NCBI GenBank assembly: GCA_016218805.1
Contig: JACRCW010000127.1
Span: 1 to 51,156, forward strand
Origin: Deltaproteobacteria bacterium
GTDB taxonomy: Bacteria > Myxococcota > JACRCW01
Direction of reading: 5' to 3'
DNA: 51,156 nucleotides
Below are positions 38,537-48,313 of the stretch, in pieces. The notes under the pieces are model-generated. The model worked only from the letters and a program-made list of their open reading frames with translations. It ran no database searches and had not been told where the DNA came from. Both the position numbers and the translations under genes were made by a program. The stretch's first letter is position 1; every line of letters begins with the position of its first letter.

Positions 38537-39481
38537 TCAGCGCACCGGTTCCGCCCCGGTGGCCACGTCCTGGTAGCGCTTGACGCACGCGGCGAAGAAG
38601 TCCCGCATCACCGTCTCCGTGGCGCCCTGCACCACGCGGTTGAGCACCGGGATCTTCTCAATGGTCTCCAGCGTCCCGGGGAACGTGTCAATGCGGTGCT
38701 CGGATTCAAACTCCGCCTTGGTCTTCCCGCCGCGCGCGGAGAACCGCAGCTCGCCCATGTCAATGAGCGTGGTCTTGTTGTCGGAGGCCAGCACTTCCCA
38801 CTTCACGGCCACGGTGCGGTTCTTGTCGTCGTAGACAATCTTCTCAACCTTGGTCATGTCATTGGCGTAGTTGCCAAACAGCGGCCGCAGGTACTTGCTC
38901 AGCGGTGTCTCGGTGACCATGCGCTCGCGCTGCTCGGTCACCCGGCCCTGCGCGTCGCGCGCGGTCACCTTGACCTCGCCACCGCGGTACTCCGCCAGGT
39001 TGGGCCCCCAGCGGTCCGGCGGCATCTTCTTCACAAACTCCTCAAACGGCAGGTCAATCACGCCCTCGGTCAGCGTGTGCAGCTTGTCGGCGTGCTTGAA
39101 CGTTCCCGTCAGCACCGTGCCGCGGTCCATGCGCGTTTCGCGCTCGGCCAGCACGGATTCAAAGCGCGCCCGCACGCCCGGGTCCAGCTTCACGGACGGG
39201 TCCGCCAGCTTGGTGGCAATGAACTTGGCCTCCACCGTGTTGGGCGCAAAACCGCGGTCCAACAGGAAGCTGTTGGCCACCACCGCCCGTTCCACCTTGC
39301 GGCCCTCGTCACGGGAGACAAAGCCATCCGCCGCAACCTGGCGCCACACCTGCTCCAGCTTCTCCGGCGAATGGCTGTTGGTCTCCGCCACCTTGCCCGG
39401 CACGGACGCGTAGTCCTCCGGCTTGAATGCATCACGGGTGATGGGAATGTGCTGCGGTGAGGTGCCAACGGAGCGGGTCAT
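38537..39481 (-). CDS. Hypothetical protein with a possible START/SRPBCC-like C-terminal domain
   Basis: 314 aa, GAGGAG RBS, strong codon bias; beta-rich C-terminal half ending in a long helix (VKWEV..SDN..T..DMGELRF...TK.EF.S.H). Confidence 0.75.
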   Translation of the reverse strand: MTRSVGTSPQHIPITRDAFKPEDYASVPGKVAETNSHSPEKLEQVWRQVAADGFVSRDEGRKVERAVVANSFLLDRGFAPNTVEAKFIATKLADPSVKLDPGVRARFESVLAERETRMDRGTVLTGTFKHADKLHTLTEGVIDLPFEEFVKKMPPDRWGPNLAEYRGGEVKVTARDAQGRVTEQRERMVTETPLSKYLRPLFGNYANDMTKVEKIVYDDKNRTVAVKWEVLASDNKTTLIDMGELRFSARGGKTKAEFESEHRIDTFPGTLETIEKIPVLNRVVQGATETVMRDFFAACVKRYQDVATGAEPVR

Positions 39482-39597
39482 GGGAACTCCTCAGGCGGTG
39501 TGCCCGGACGCGTACCGGATAGATCCCGCGCCCGACGGTGGCAACGTTACCCGAGGGAACATGGCAGGCCGCCACGGGCGCGGACTAAGCGTGGCGC

Positions 39598-40470
39598 ATG
39601 GGGTGGACCACAACGGAGCCGTGGCGTGTCGTGGTGCTGGTGGCGTCGGCCGGGCTGCTTGGCACGTCGTGCACGTCGTGCCGGCATGATTGCGGGTTGG
39701 GTAAAGCACCGGCCATCTGCGTGGACGGATTCCGCGCGGCGCCTACCATCAACGGCGAGCCCTGGCGGCCGGACGGCGGGATGCCGCGCGTGTTCGTTGA
39801 GTTGGCGTGTGACACGGGGACCCCGTTCCTGATGGGCATCAATGGCGCTGCGGCGGACGCGGGTTGGGACGTGGAGCGGGGGCCGTGCTGCCAGTTCAAC
39901 AACGAGGACGCGCGCGCGCGGGCGCACCCGTCCTTCAACTTCCGCGCCGTGGACACCGGCACCCGCGAGCCGATTCTTCCACGCACCACGTTCCGGCCGA
40001 CCGAAACGGAACTCGCCGACGGGTGGCTGATCGTCGAGGGACTGGGCCACGTGGACGATCTGCGGTTCAGCTTCACCGAAGCGTCCGACACCCGATTCAT
40101 GTACGTGGCGCTGGCGGTGGTGACGGTTGCAGCGTCGCGCGGGGGTGCACCCTGGGATCGTGACGGCTCCGGGCCGGATGTGGTGGCCCTGTGGGGCGAC
40201 GGACCACCCATCGTCATTGGGGAGGACGCGGGAACGTCCACGGCCGCGCCGCACCGGTTCCTCACCCTGTCGCGCCAACAGCTGCTGGCTGACGGGATCC
40301 AGCTGGCACTGGACGACGACGACTCCACCGAGTGGGTGGCGCGCGACGTGGACGGCTCCTTCACCCAGGCCGACGTGGAGCGCGGTGAGCGCGTGCTGCT
40401 GGGCGAACAACTGGCGGAAGAGATCCGTCTGGTGGCGCGCAACGTGGACCGCCCGGCGCTGTGCGACTGA
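39598..40470 (+). CDS. Hypothetical exported/lipoprotein-like protein
   Basis: Hydrophobic N-terminus ending LLGTSC; 290 aa; high GC3. Confidence 0.7.
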   Translation: MGWTTTEPWRVVVLVASAGLLGTSCTSCRHDCGLGKAPAICVDGFRAAPTINGEPWRPDGGMPRVFVELACDTGTPFLMGINGAAADAGWDVERGPCCQFNNEDARARAHPSFNFRAVDTGTREPILPRTTFRPTETELADGWLIVEGLGHVDDLRFSFTEASDTRFMYVALAVVTVAASRGGAPWDRDGSGPDVVALWGDGPPIVIGEDAGTSTAAPHRFLTLSRQQLLADGIQLALDDDDSTEWVARDVDGSFTQADVERGERVLLGEQLAEEIRLVARNVDRPALCD

Positions 40471-40484
40471 CGGAGGCCATCGCT

Positions 40485-42218
40485 GTGTCCCGCTTTCTCG
40501 TCCCCCTCGCGTTGGCCGCCACCGCTTGCACCGGCACGGACATCATAGGACCAGCCGACGGCGGTTCCGGCAGCTCCGGGTGGGCGGCGGTTGACTGCAC
40601 GGCGGATGGGACCGTCACCATCTCGGGAGAGGTCGCCGTCGCCGGAGTGGATGACCGCGTGCCCGTGCAGGGCTTCTCCGGCGGGCTCAACGCGTTCGCG
40701 CACCGCACGGGCGAGTTCATCCAGCTTGTTGGACAGGCGGAGCTGGGCCGGTACTCCGTGTGCGGTCCGGTGCCCTGGCCGGGCACCGCGTGGGTGGGCC
40801 TGTCTGACGACGCCAGCCCGCATCCGACGTGGCGCTCAACCGGCGTGGCACCGGGCCTGACCATCCCGCTGGACCTGGTGAGCCTGCCGCCGGAGGACCT
40901 GGTCTGGCGCGGTGGCGCCTGGACGCTGCGCACGCGCGCGCTGCTGGTCAATCAGCCCGCCGGGCCACCAGCCACCATGCGCGCCATGGTCCTTTCGCCG
41001 GTGGATGAGCCAGCACGGATCGGCCTGCCGCTCCTCGCGGGGTCTGTACTGGATCCGCTGGTCTTCGTCGTGCTGGATGCGGCGGCGGACGTGCGCGTCC
41101 TGGTCCCGCGCCATGCATGGCACCGCGTGGCGGCCAACGCGAGCACGCCGCTGGCTGTGTACTGTGCTGACGGCGATCCCGGGTGGGCGCCTGCCGGCCC
41201 AGGGGACCTCCAACACGTCGACGGGACATCCCTCACGCCCGCCGAGCGTGCCGCACTGGGTTCCGCAGACGCGTCCAGCGTGGTGCTCGCGTCGGGGCGC
41301 ATGGCCGCGGGGAAGTGCATGTTCGCATGGGACGGGTTGCCCTCAGGGTGCGTCTGCGCGTGGCTCACGGACGAGGCGGACGTGCCGCTCCCGGGCACGC
41401 TGGCGTCGCTGAGCGGCGCGCTGCCGTTGGACGTGTTCACCCCGGTCGCCACGGATGTGGACGGGCACGCGTGCTTCACGGTGTCCCAAGGCGCCGGCAG
41501 TGTGACGGTCACCGCGTTGAACGGAACAGCGCGGCGCGCCTCAGACCCCATTGCGCTGGTGCCACCCTCGATCGGCTGCGCGGACCTCGGCCGCGTTCCC
41601 CTACATCCGACGGGTGAACGAGCCGTGCACATCGCAGAACTCTCCGGCCGCACGCTGCTGGCCAGCGGCGGACCCGCAGCCGGCGCGCGGGTCCTCGTCG
41701 TAGACCCGGGGCTCGGGTTCCACGCGTACGTGGACGCGTGCGCGTTTGCGCCGTGCGTGCGCGAGGCCATCACCGACGGGGATGGCCGCTTCCTGCTGCG
41801 CCTCCCCTTCCGCGACCGCGCGGAGCTCCGCGTGACGGCATGGAGCGAGGACGGCGGCACCCGGCGCCGGTGGTACGGCGGGTTGGACGTGAAGGACCCC
41901 GCCGGTGATTGGACCGTCTACCTGTACCCGGAATCCGCGGAGACCACGGTCACCCTCTCGGTGACGGGTGACGCGCTCAGCTGGACCCCCGCCGTCGGAC
42001 TGGCGGACCTCAGCGTGCGGCGCGCGGGCGTCGTGGAGACCTGGCGCATCACCGGCACGTGGCTGCTGCCGCCGGTGCAGCTGGGCGTGGTGCCCGCGGG
42101 CGCCGTGGAGCGGACCCCGCCAACGGGCGATCTGTCGGCGTGGACCGACGTGGTGGTGGACGGGGTGACCGGAATGGAGGGGTTCCTCGCCACCGTGCAC
42201 GGCGAGCTGTCGCGATGA
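40485..42218 (+). CDS. Hypothetical lipoprotein with beta-sandwich modules
   Basis: GGAGG + GTG giving MSRFLVPLALAATAC; ATDVDGHACF and ITDGDGRFLL carboxypeptidase-regulatory-like motifs. Confidence 0.75.
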   Translation: MSRFLVPLALAATACTGTDIIGPADGGSGSSGWAAVDCTADGTVTISGEVAVAGVDDRVPVQGFSGGLNAFAHRTGEFIQLVGQAELGRYSVCGPVPWPGTAWVGLSDDASPHPTWRSTGVAPGLTIPLDLVSLPPEDLVWRGGAWTLRTRALLVNQPAGPPATMRAMVLSPVDEPARIGLPLLAGSVLDPLVFVVLDAAADVRVLVPRHAWHRVAANASTPLAVYCADGDPGWAPAGPGDLQHVDGTSLTPAERAALGSADASSVVLASGRMAAGKCMFAWDGLPSGCVCAWLTDEADVPLPGTLASLSGALPLDVFTPVATDVDGHACFTVSQGAGSVTVTALNGTARRASDPIALVPPSIGCADLGRVPLHPTGERAVHIAELSGRTLLASGGPAAGARVLVVDPGLGFHAYVDACAFAPCVREAITDGDGRFLLRLPFRDRAELRVTAWSEDGGTRRRWYGGLDVKDPAGDWTVYLYPESAETTVTLSVTGDALSWTPAVGLADLSVRRAGVVETWRITGTWLLPPVQLGVVPAGAVERTPPTGDLSAWTDVVVDGVTGMEGFLATVHGELSR

Positions 42219-42222
42219 GCCT

Positions 42223-43323
42223 TCAGCCCTTCATCGCCGCAGCCATCCAGTCCCCGGTGGCGGCGCAGCCCAGTGTCCCGCCCAGGTCCTTGGTGGTCTT
42301 ACCCTTCCGAATCGCCTCGACGACAACCTCCTCAATGCGGGCGGCGGCCTTCTTGTAGCGGCCCTGCTTGTCCGCACCCAGCTGCGCGGAACGCGGCCCA
42401 TCCTCAGCGAGGAACTCCAGCATCATCTGCGCGGTGGCAATGGCCGCAACGGGGTTGGCGGTGTCCTTGCCCGCGTACTTGGGCGCGCTGCCGTGAATGG
42501 GCTCAAACAGTGACACGCGGCCGGGGTGGATGTTCCCGGACCCCGCCACACCCAGGCCGCCCTGCAGGATGGCGCCCACGTCGGTGAGGATGTCACCAAA
42601 CATGTTGTTGGTGACAATGACCTGGAAGTTCTCCGGCGCCTTGATGAGCTGCATGCCCAGCGCGTCGGCAAACATGTGCTCGGCGGTGATGCCGGGATAG
42701 CTCTTGGCCAGATCGAAAAACACGCGTTCCCACAGGTCGTGCCCGTAGCGGAGCACGTTGTGCTTGTCCGCCATGGTGACCTTCTTCTTGCCGTGCTTCT
42801 GCGCAAAGTCGAACGCCGCCTTGCAGATGCGGTGCACGCCCTTGAACGTGTTGATGTCCTCCTGCGTGGCAATCTCGTCGGGCGTGCCCTTCTTGAAGAT
42901 GCCGCCCATACCCGCGTACAGCCCTTCGGTGTTCTCGCGGAACATGGTCATGTCAATGTCTTTGGCGGTCTTACCCTTGAGCGGGACCAGCCGGTCATCC
43001 AGTGCGCGCACCGGGCGCAGGTTGATGTACAGGTCCAGCTCAAACCGCATGGCCAGCAGGATGTCCTTGGCGTGGCGCATGTCCGGGATGCGCGGGTCAC
43101 CCATGGCGCCCAGGTAGACGGCGTCCCAGTTCTTGCGGAAGTCCTCCATCTGGCCGGGGGGCAGGGCCACGCCGTCCTTGAGGTAGCGCTCAGCGCCGTA
43201 GTCAAACTCCTTGATCTCCAGTCCAAGCTTGAACGCCTCGTCGGCTGCGCGGAGGACCTTGAGGCCCTCGCGGATGACGTCCACTCCGATTCCGTCTCCA
43301 GCGATGACTGCGATGCGGGACAT
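42223..43323 (-). CDS. leuB: Isocitrate/isopropylmalate/tartrate dehydrogenase family (probably 3-isopropylmalate dehydrogenase-like)
   Basis: IAVIAGDGIG, NLRP, RENTEGLY, NMFGDILTD and FEPIHGSAP motifs; substrate specificity cannot be resolved. Confidence 0.75.
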   Translation of the reverse strand: MSRIAVIAGDGIGVDVIREGLKVLRAADEAFKLGLEIKEFDYGAERYLKDGVALPPGQMEDFRKNWDAVYLGAMGDPRIPDMRHAKDILLAMRFELDLYINLRPVRALDDRLVPLKGKTAKDIDMTMFRENTEGLYAGMGGIFKKGTPDEIATQEDINTFKGVHRICKAAFDFAQKHGKKKVTMADKHNVLRYGHDLWERVFFDLAKSYPGITAEHMFADALGMQLIKAPENFQVIVTNNMFGDILTDVGAILQGGLGVAGSGNIHPGRVSLFEPIHGSAPKYAGKDTANPVAAIATAQMMLEFLAEDGPRSAQLGADKQGRYKKAAARIEEVVVEAIRKGKTTKDLGGTLGCAATGDWMAAAMKG

Positions 43324-43429
43324 GCGGCGCGACTCCTGTGTGGGGGGATGGAAGGGGTGCGCATATCTGGTCCAACACCCCGCGGGAGTCCAGCGGCGGG
43401 CCCAGTCCGCGCGTGCTAGGAGCGCGGCC

Positions 43430-44086
43430 ATGACGCCGACGCTCCTGCTCCTGGCCGCCCTTGCCGGCGAACCGCCTCCCCTTGCCGATGCGCCGGTTCC
43501 CGCGGGGGCCTTGCAGGGGCCCTCCAGCGCGCGCCTGGCGGCGCCGGTGACGGTCCGGTTTGTGGACGGCTTCCCGGACGAGCCCACGCCGATGATGCCG
43601 CAGGGAGGCGCACGTGCGCGCGGCAGTTCGCCGGCACCGGCGGAGGGGCTGCGCACGTTCACGCTGGACGTGGCGCGGCGGCATTTTGAGGAGGCAAAGT
43701 GGGGCAAGGCGGCGGGCAAGGGCCGTGAGCTGGTGATCCGCTCGGTGGCGCTCACCGTCAGCCAGGGACCGGTCTACAACGCCACCGTCGTCGTGGACCG
43801 GGTGCAGGACGGGCGCCGGCTGGGGCAGGCCACGGGCCAGGGCACATCCTGGGTGGACCGGAGCAACCAGCACCTGGCGGCGGCGTTTGCGGGGCCTTTT
43901 GCGGGGCTGGCGGCGCATGACGCCAGTTCACCCAAGGCCAGGCAGGACGCCACGGCCATCCGCCTGGCCACGCTGCGCGCATTGGACAGCGCGCTGTACC
44001 AGTTGGCGGCGTACTGGTCCGGCGAGCAGCTGGCTGACGAATACCGGCGGCAGGCGCAGGAAGGGCAGAACAAGGGGAAGAAGTGA
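43430..44086 (+). CDS. Hypothetical exported protein
   Basis: AGGAG RBS, MTPTLLLLAALA signal; GTGA overlap with the next gene. Confidence 0.7.
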   Translation: MTPTLLLLAALAGEPPPLADAPVPAGALQGPSSARLAAPVTVRFVDGFPDEPTPMMPQGGARARGSSPAPAEGLRTFTLDVARRHFEEAKWGKAAGKGRELVIRSVALTVSQGPVYNATVVVDRVQDGRRLGQATGQGTSWVDRSNQHLAAAFAGPFAGLAAHDASSPKARQDATAIRLATLRALDSALYQLAAYWSGEQLADEYRRQAQEGQNKGKK

Positions 44087-45522
44087 AGCACGCCATTCCT
44101 GACGAGGACTGGCCGACACCGGAAGAGGCGGCGCGGTCCCGGCTGTTCTCCCCGCTGGCGCTGACGCCCACCTGCACGCTCAGCAGCCGCACGTGGGTCC
44201 CCGCCATGGTGCCGTGGCGCGCCACGGACGCGGGCGAGGTCACCGCCGACAACGTGGCGTGGTACGGGCGGTTCGCCGCGGGCGAGCCGGGCGTGGTGGT
44301 GGTGGAAGCCACCGGTATCCGCGACGTCCCGTCGGGACCGCTGCTGCGCATTGGGCATGAGCGCTACTTGGACGGGCTGAAGCGCATTGCTGATGTCATT
44401 CACGAGCGCAGCGGTGGGCGCACCCGCGCGTTCATCCAGCTCATTGACTTCCTGGCCATCCGCCGCCGCCCAGAGCCGGCGCGCTTCTTTGAGCGGTTTC
44501 TCGCTGTCACGCCGGAACACCGGCGCGCGCTGGCGCGCCGGGACGGCCGCGACTGGGAGGCTGCGCCGGAAACGGAGGTGCGCGCGCGCCTCGCCGCGCT
44601 GGACGAGGCGCAGCGGGCGGACATCCTTGGTGCGCGCGAACTTGAGGCGCTGCGCATGGGCCACCGCGAGCGCGTGACGGACACGCACCTGCCGCACATC
44701 GCTGAGCTGCCCAAGGTGTTGCCGCAGTTGTTCGCAGACGCCTGCGCGCGCGCGGAGCGTGCCGGGTTTGACGGCGTGGAGCTGCACTATGCGCACGCGT
44801 ACACCATGGCGTCGTTTCTTTCGCGGCTGAACACGCGGGGTGACGGATACGGCGGCGGGCTCCCCGGGCGCGTGCGGCTCCCGCTGGAGGTGCTGCGCGC
44901 GTGCCGCGCCGCGCTGCGTCCGTCCACCGTGCTCGGCTGCCGCATGCTCTGTGACGAGGCCATCCCGGGCGGCAGCGACGTGGACGACGCGTGCACCATC
45001 GCCGTGGAGCTGGGGCACGCGGGGATGGACTTCATCTCGCTGAGCCGGGGCGGGAAGTTTGAGGACGCCCGGCAGCCGCGTATCGGTGAGGCCGCCTACC
45101 CGTACACCGGCCCCTCGGGCCACGCGTGCATGCCCACCATCCGCGTGGACGGTGACGGACCGCTGGGCCGCAACCTCCCGCTGGCGCGCCGCGTGCGGGA
45201 CGCACTGCGCACCGCGGGATTGGCCACACCCACGGTGGCCGCGGGCGGCATCGTCGGCTTTCGGCTGGCGGAGCGCGCGCTGCAGGAGGGCGCGTGTGAC
45301 CTGGTGGCCAGCGCGCGGCAGAGCCTGGCGGACCCGGACTGGTGGCTGAAGGTGCGCACCGGCCGCGGCGCGGAGGTCCGCCGCTGCAAACTCACCAACT
45401 ACTGCGAGGCCCTGGACCAGCGGCACCGCCGGGTCACCTGTCAGCTGTGGGACCGCCTGCCCGGTGACGACGTCCCGCGCGACGACGGACGGCGCCTGCT
45501 GCCACCTCCGTGGAACCGCTGA
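44083..45522 (+). CDS. NADH:flavin oxidoreductase (old yellow enzyme family)
   Basis: LFSP, AGFDGVELHYAHAY..ASFLS..N.R.D.YGG....R..LP.EV, and ARQSLADPDW motifs. Confidence 0.92.
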   Translation: MKHAIPDEDWPTPEEAARSRLFSPLALTPTCTLSSRTWVPAMVPWRATDAGEVTADNVAWYGRFAAGEPGVVVVEATGIRDVPSGPLLRIGHERYLDGLKRIADVIHERSGGRTRAFIQLIDFLAIRRRPEPARFFERFLAVTPEHRRALARRDGRDWEAAPETEVRARLAALDEAQRADILGARELEALRMGHRERVTDTHLPHIAELPKVLPQLFADACARAERAGFDGVELHYAHAYTMASFLSRLNTRGDGYGGGLPGRVRLPLEVLRACRAALRPSTVLGCRMLCDEAIPGGSDVDDACTIAVELGHAGMDFISLSRGGKFEDARQPRIGEAAYPYTGPSGHACMPTIRVDGDGPLGRNLPLARRVRDALRTAGLATPTVAAGGIVGFRLAERALQEGACDLVASARQSLADPDWWLKVRTGRGAEVRRCKLTNYCEALDQRHRRVTCQLWDRLPGDDVPRDDGRRLLPPPWNR

Positions 45523-45529
45523 GGCGCCG

Positions 45530-45835
45530 TCAGAGCGGGCCGGTGACCACGCCGCCCGCCTTCTCCACCAGCCGGACAAACTTGTCCTTCACCTCGTTGC
45601 GCAGCGGACGGTGCGTCAGCGCCAGTTTCTCCTCCACCAGGTGGACCTCCGTCCCGTCCGGCCGCGCCTGCGCGGTGAAGGTCAGCGTGGAGGTCCCCAG
45701 CTTGGACAGCGTGGCGCGGATGCGTCCGTTCTCCAGCGTGATGCGGGTGATCTCGCCCAGGCGGCGTCCCACCATGGCCGCCTCCAGCGCCCGCACAATG
45801 GAAGCGGCGTCCATGTCCTTGAAGAATGCCTTCAT
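45530..45835 (-). CDS. Small hypothetical protein (101 aa)
   Basis: GGAG RBS, MKAFFKDMDAA..., strong codon bias. Confidence 0.7.
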   Translation of the reverse strand: MKAFFKDMDAASIVRALEAAMVGRRLGEITRITLENGRIRATLSKLGTSTLTFTAQARPDGTEVHLVEEKLALTHRPLRNEVKDKFVRLVEKAGGVVTGPL

Positions 45836-45915
45836 CCGCGGCGTCTCCGGGCCCACCGGCCGCGCGGCCGTGGCGCCTTCTTGCAGGGGGTCCCCTGTAC
45901 TAGCGTGCGCCCCCC

Positions 45916-47676
45916 ATGGAGCGGAACCCGGCCGAACCCGCGCGTGATGATGACCTCACCGGGGAGGCGCTGGCCGGTCACTACCTGGTCACGGAACGCA
46001 CCTACTCCTCCGGCGGCCGCACGCAGTACCGGGGCTGCACCACCGACGGAAAACGCAACGTGGACATCACGGTGTTCCCGCCGGAGGTGGGCCGCGCGGA
46101 GGCGGATGCGCGCGCGTTTGCAGCCCAGGTGCGCACGCTCAAGGAGCTGTCACACCCGGGCATCCCGGACCTGTTGGAGGGCGGCGTCACCGACGACGGA
46201 CGCCGCTTCCTGGTGCACACGCGCGTGGAGGGCCGCTCGCTGCGGGACCTTCTCAAGGCCGAGGCCCCGCTGGGGCCGGACCGCGCGGCCGCGCTGCTCA
46301 TGAAGATCGCGCGGGTGCTCAGCGCGGCGCGGTCGGGCGGGGTGATGCACGGCAACCTCAAGCCGGAGGCCATCCGGCTCGTCGTGTCGGACCGGGATCT
46401 TGAGGCCGTGGCCATCCCGGACATGGGCGTGGCAAAGCTGGGGCGCCTGCGGCCGGGCGCGCGTGGCGTGGTCACCGGCACGCCGCACTACATGAGCCCG
46501 GAACAGGCAACCGGCACCGCGGACGAACCGCGCAGCGACGTCTACGCGCTGGGCGTGATGGCGTTTGAGATGCTGACCGGGCGCGTGCCGTTCCCCGGTA
46601 GCGACGACGCCGCGGTGTTGAAGGCGCACGTGGAAGCCACGCCGCCGCGTTTGACCGAGGTGGACCCGCACAACACGGCCAGCCCCATGTTCCAGCAGCT
46701 GCTGGACCGCATGCTGGCGCGCAAGCCGGAGGCCCGCCCCTCGCACGCGGCGCTGCTGGAGGAGTTTGCCATCCTGCCCGAGTTCCTGGACGACGGCGGC
46801 GGCGGTGGCGCCAACGCGCTGGGGGGCATCCCGCGGGACGACCACGGCGGGGCGGGGTCCATCTCGTTCGGCACGCGCGGCCCGGACTCCTCAGAGTTGC
46901 CGCGGCCGGCCGCGCCGGGTGGGGGCGTGCCGAGCTGGGCGTTGGCCGTAGCCGGCCTGCTGGTGCTGGGCGCGGCGGGCGCGTTCCTGGCGCAGCGTGC
47001 GCCTGAACCCGCCGCGCCGCCGCCGCCGCCGCCCGCCGCACCGGCGCCCGCCGCGCCGGCGCCTGCCCCGCGGGACAGCCGCGTGGTGGTGGACATGGAC
47101 GGCCTGCGCATGCGCCCGCGGGCAAAGGCCGCGCCGGTCCCGGCCCCCGCCGCCGCCCGCCCCGCCGCGGAGGTTCCCGCCGGCGCCACCAGCGGCCTGC
47201 TGGTGACCATCCACGTGACGTCGGACCCGCCCGGCGCGGCCGTCTTTGAGGGCGCCATCCCGCGCGGGACCACCCCGGCGCAGGTGGTCCTGCCGCGCGG
47301 GGATTCGCCGCGGGTGCTGTCCTTCCGCCTGGACGGGTATGACGACGTGGTGCGGACGGTGGTGCCCAATGCCGGCGCGGACCTCAAGGTGGTGCTGCAG
47401 AAGAAGGCCGCAGCGGTGCCGCCGCAGGAGCCGCCCGCGCCCGCGGCCACCGAGCCCGCGCGCGTAGAACCGCCAAAACCCGCGGTGCCCGCCGCCGCCG
47501 CGGAGCCCCCCGCCAAGGCACCGGCGGCGGACCCCAAGCCGGAGCCCGCACGGGCCAAGGAGACCGAACCGAAGCCCGCCGAGGACAAGCCGCCCGCCCC
47601 CGAGGAGAAGGCCGCAGCGCCGGAGCCGGACAAGCAGCCGGCGGAGCCCGCGCCGGCGGTGGAAGCCGCACCCTGA
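45916..47676 (+). CDS. Ser/Thr kinase-like protein (predicted pseudokinase) with TM and PEGA domain
   Basis: The C-lobe is intact (GTPHYMSPEQ, SDVYALG), but VDIT, HGNLKPEA and DMG replace VAIK, HRDLKPEN and DFG; VTSDPPGAAV...GTTP is PEGA-like. Confidence 0.88.
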   Translation: MERNPAEPARDDDLTGEALAGHYLVTERTYSSGGRTQYRGCTTDGKRNVDITVFPPEVGRAEADARAFAAQVRTLKELSHPGIPDLLEGGVTDDGRRFLVHTRVEGRSLRDLLKAEAPLGPDRAAALLMKIARVLSAARSGGVMHGNLKPEAIRLVVSDRDLEAVAIPDMGVAKLGRLRPGARGVVTGTPHYMSPEQATGTADEPRSDVYALGVMAFEMLTGRVPFPGSDDAAVLKAHVEATPPRLTEVDPHNTASPMFQQLLDRMLARKPEARPSHAALLEEFAILPEFLDDGGGGGANALGGIPRDDHGGAGSISFGTRGPDSSELPRPAAPGGGVPSWALAVAGLLVLGAAGAFLAQRAPEPAAPPPPPPAAPAPAAPAPAPRDSRVVVDMDGLRMRPRAKAAPVPAPAAARPAAEVPAGATSGLLVTIHVTSDPPGAAVFEGAIPRGTTPAQVVLPRGDSPRVLSFRLDGYDDVVRTVVPNAGADLKVVLQKKAAAVPPQEPPAPAATEPARVEPPKPAVPAAAAEPPAKAPAADPKPEPARAKETEPKPAEDKPPAPEEKAAAPEPDKQPAEPAPAVEAAP

Positions 47677-47686
47677 CGCGGGCCGG

Positions 47687-48313
47687 TCAGTCCGGGCGCT
47701 CCACGGAGAACGACCCGCGGATCTCGTGCGCACCGTAGGCGCCGTACACGGGGTCCAAACCACCGGGAAAGTGCGCGGTGTAGTCGTAGATCCACGCGCG
47801 CCCGTCCGCCGCGTCACGGACCGTCACCGTGACGCTGTCCGAGGGCAGGTCAAAACTCCAGTTGGACCGGTTCCACTCCGCGCAGCCGTGCACCACGCCC
47901 TCACCCGCGGTGAACGTGACAGTCCGGCCGGGATACAGGTCGGGCCGCGTGAGGCCGTCCTGCAGCTGGAAGATGGTCATGGCCGGGCCGCGCGGCGAGG
48001 GGACCACCGTGTTCACGGTGAGCGCGTTGCCGTCGTTGAACGCGGCCAGGTCGCACGCGCCGTGGTTGAACGCGCGGAACGGGCCCACGTCACCCTTGAA
48101 GCGTCCGTCCGTCACGCGCACGGGGTGCAGCCCCAGGCCCTGCCGGGCGTCCACGCACAGGTCCATGCCTTCCGGCTGCGGCGGCTGGCACAGGAAGAAC
48201 TCGGTGCACTGGAGTCCCGCGCCGCAGTCGGTATGTGACACGCACGGCTTGCCCTCAGACGCGCAGCCCACAAGCCACACCCCAAGCACTGCCACCATGC
48301 TGACCGCTCGCAT
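47687..48313 (-). CDS. Hypothetical lipoprotein with an N-terminal 4-Cys module
   Basis: MRAVSMVAVLGVWLVGC lipobox, then CVSHTDCGAGLQCTEFFLC; GGAGG RBS. Confidence 0.75.
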   Translation of the reverse strand: MRAVSMVAVLGVWLVGCASEGKPCVSHTDCGAGLQCTEFFLCQPPQPEGMDLCVDARQGLGLHPVRVTDGRFKGDVGPFRAFNHGACDLAAFNDGNALTVNTVVPSPRGPAMTIFQLQDGLTRPDLYPGRTVTFTAGEGVVHGCAEWNRSNWSFDLPSDSVTVTVRDAADGRAWIYDYTAHFPGGLDPVYGAYGAHEIRGSFSVERPD

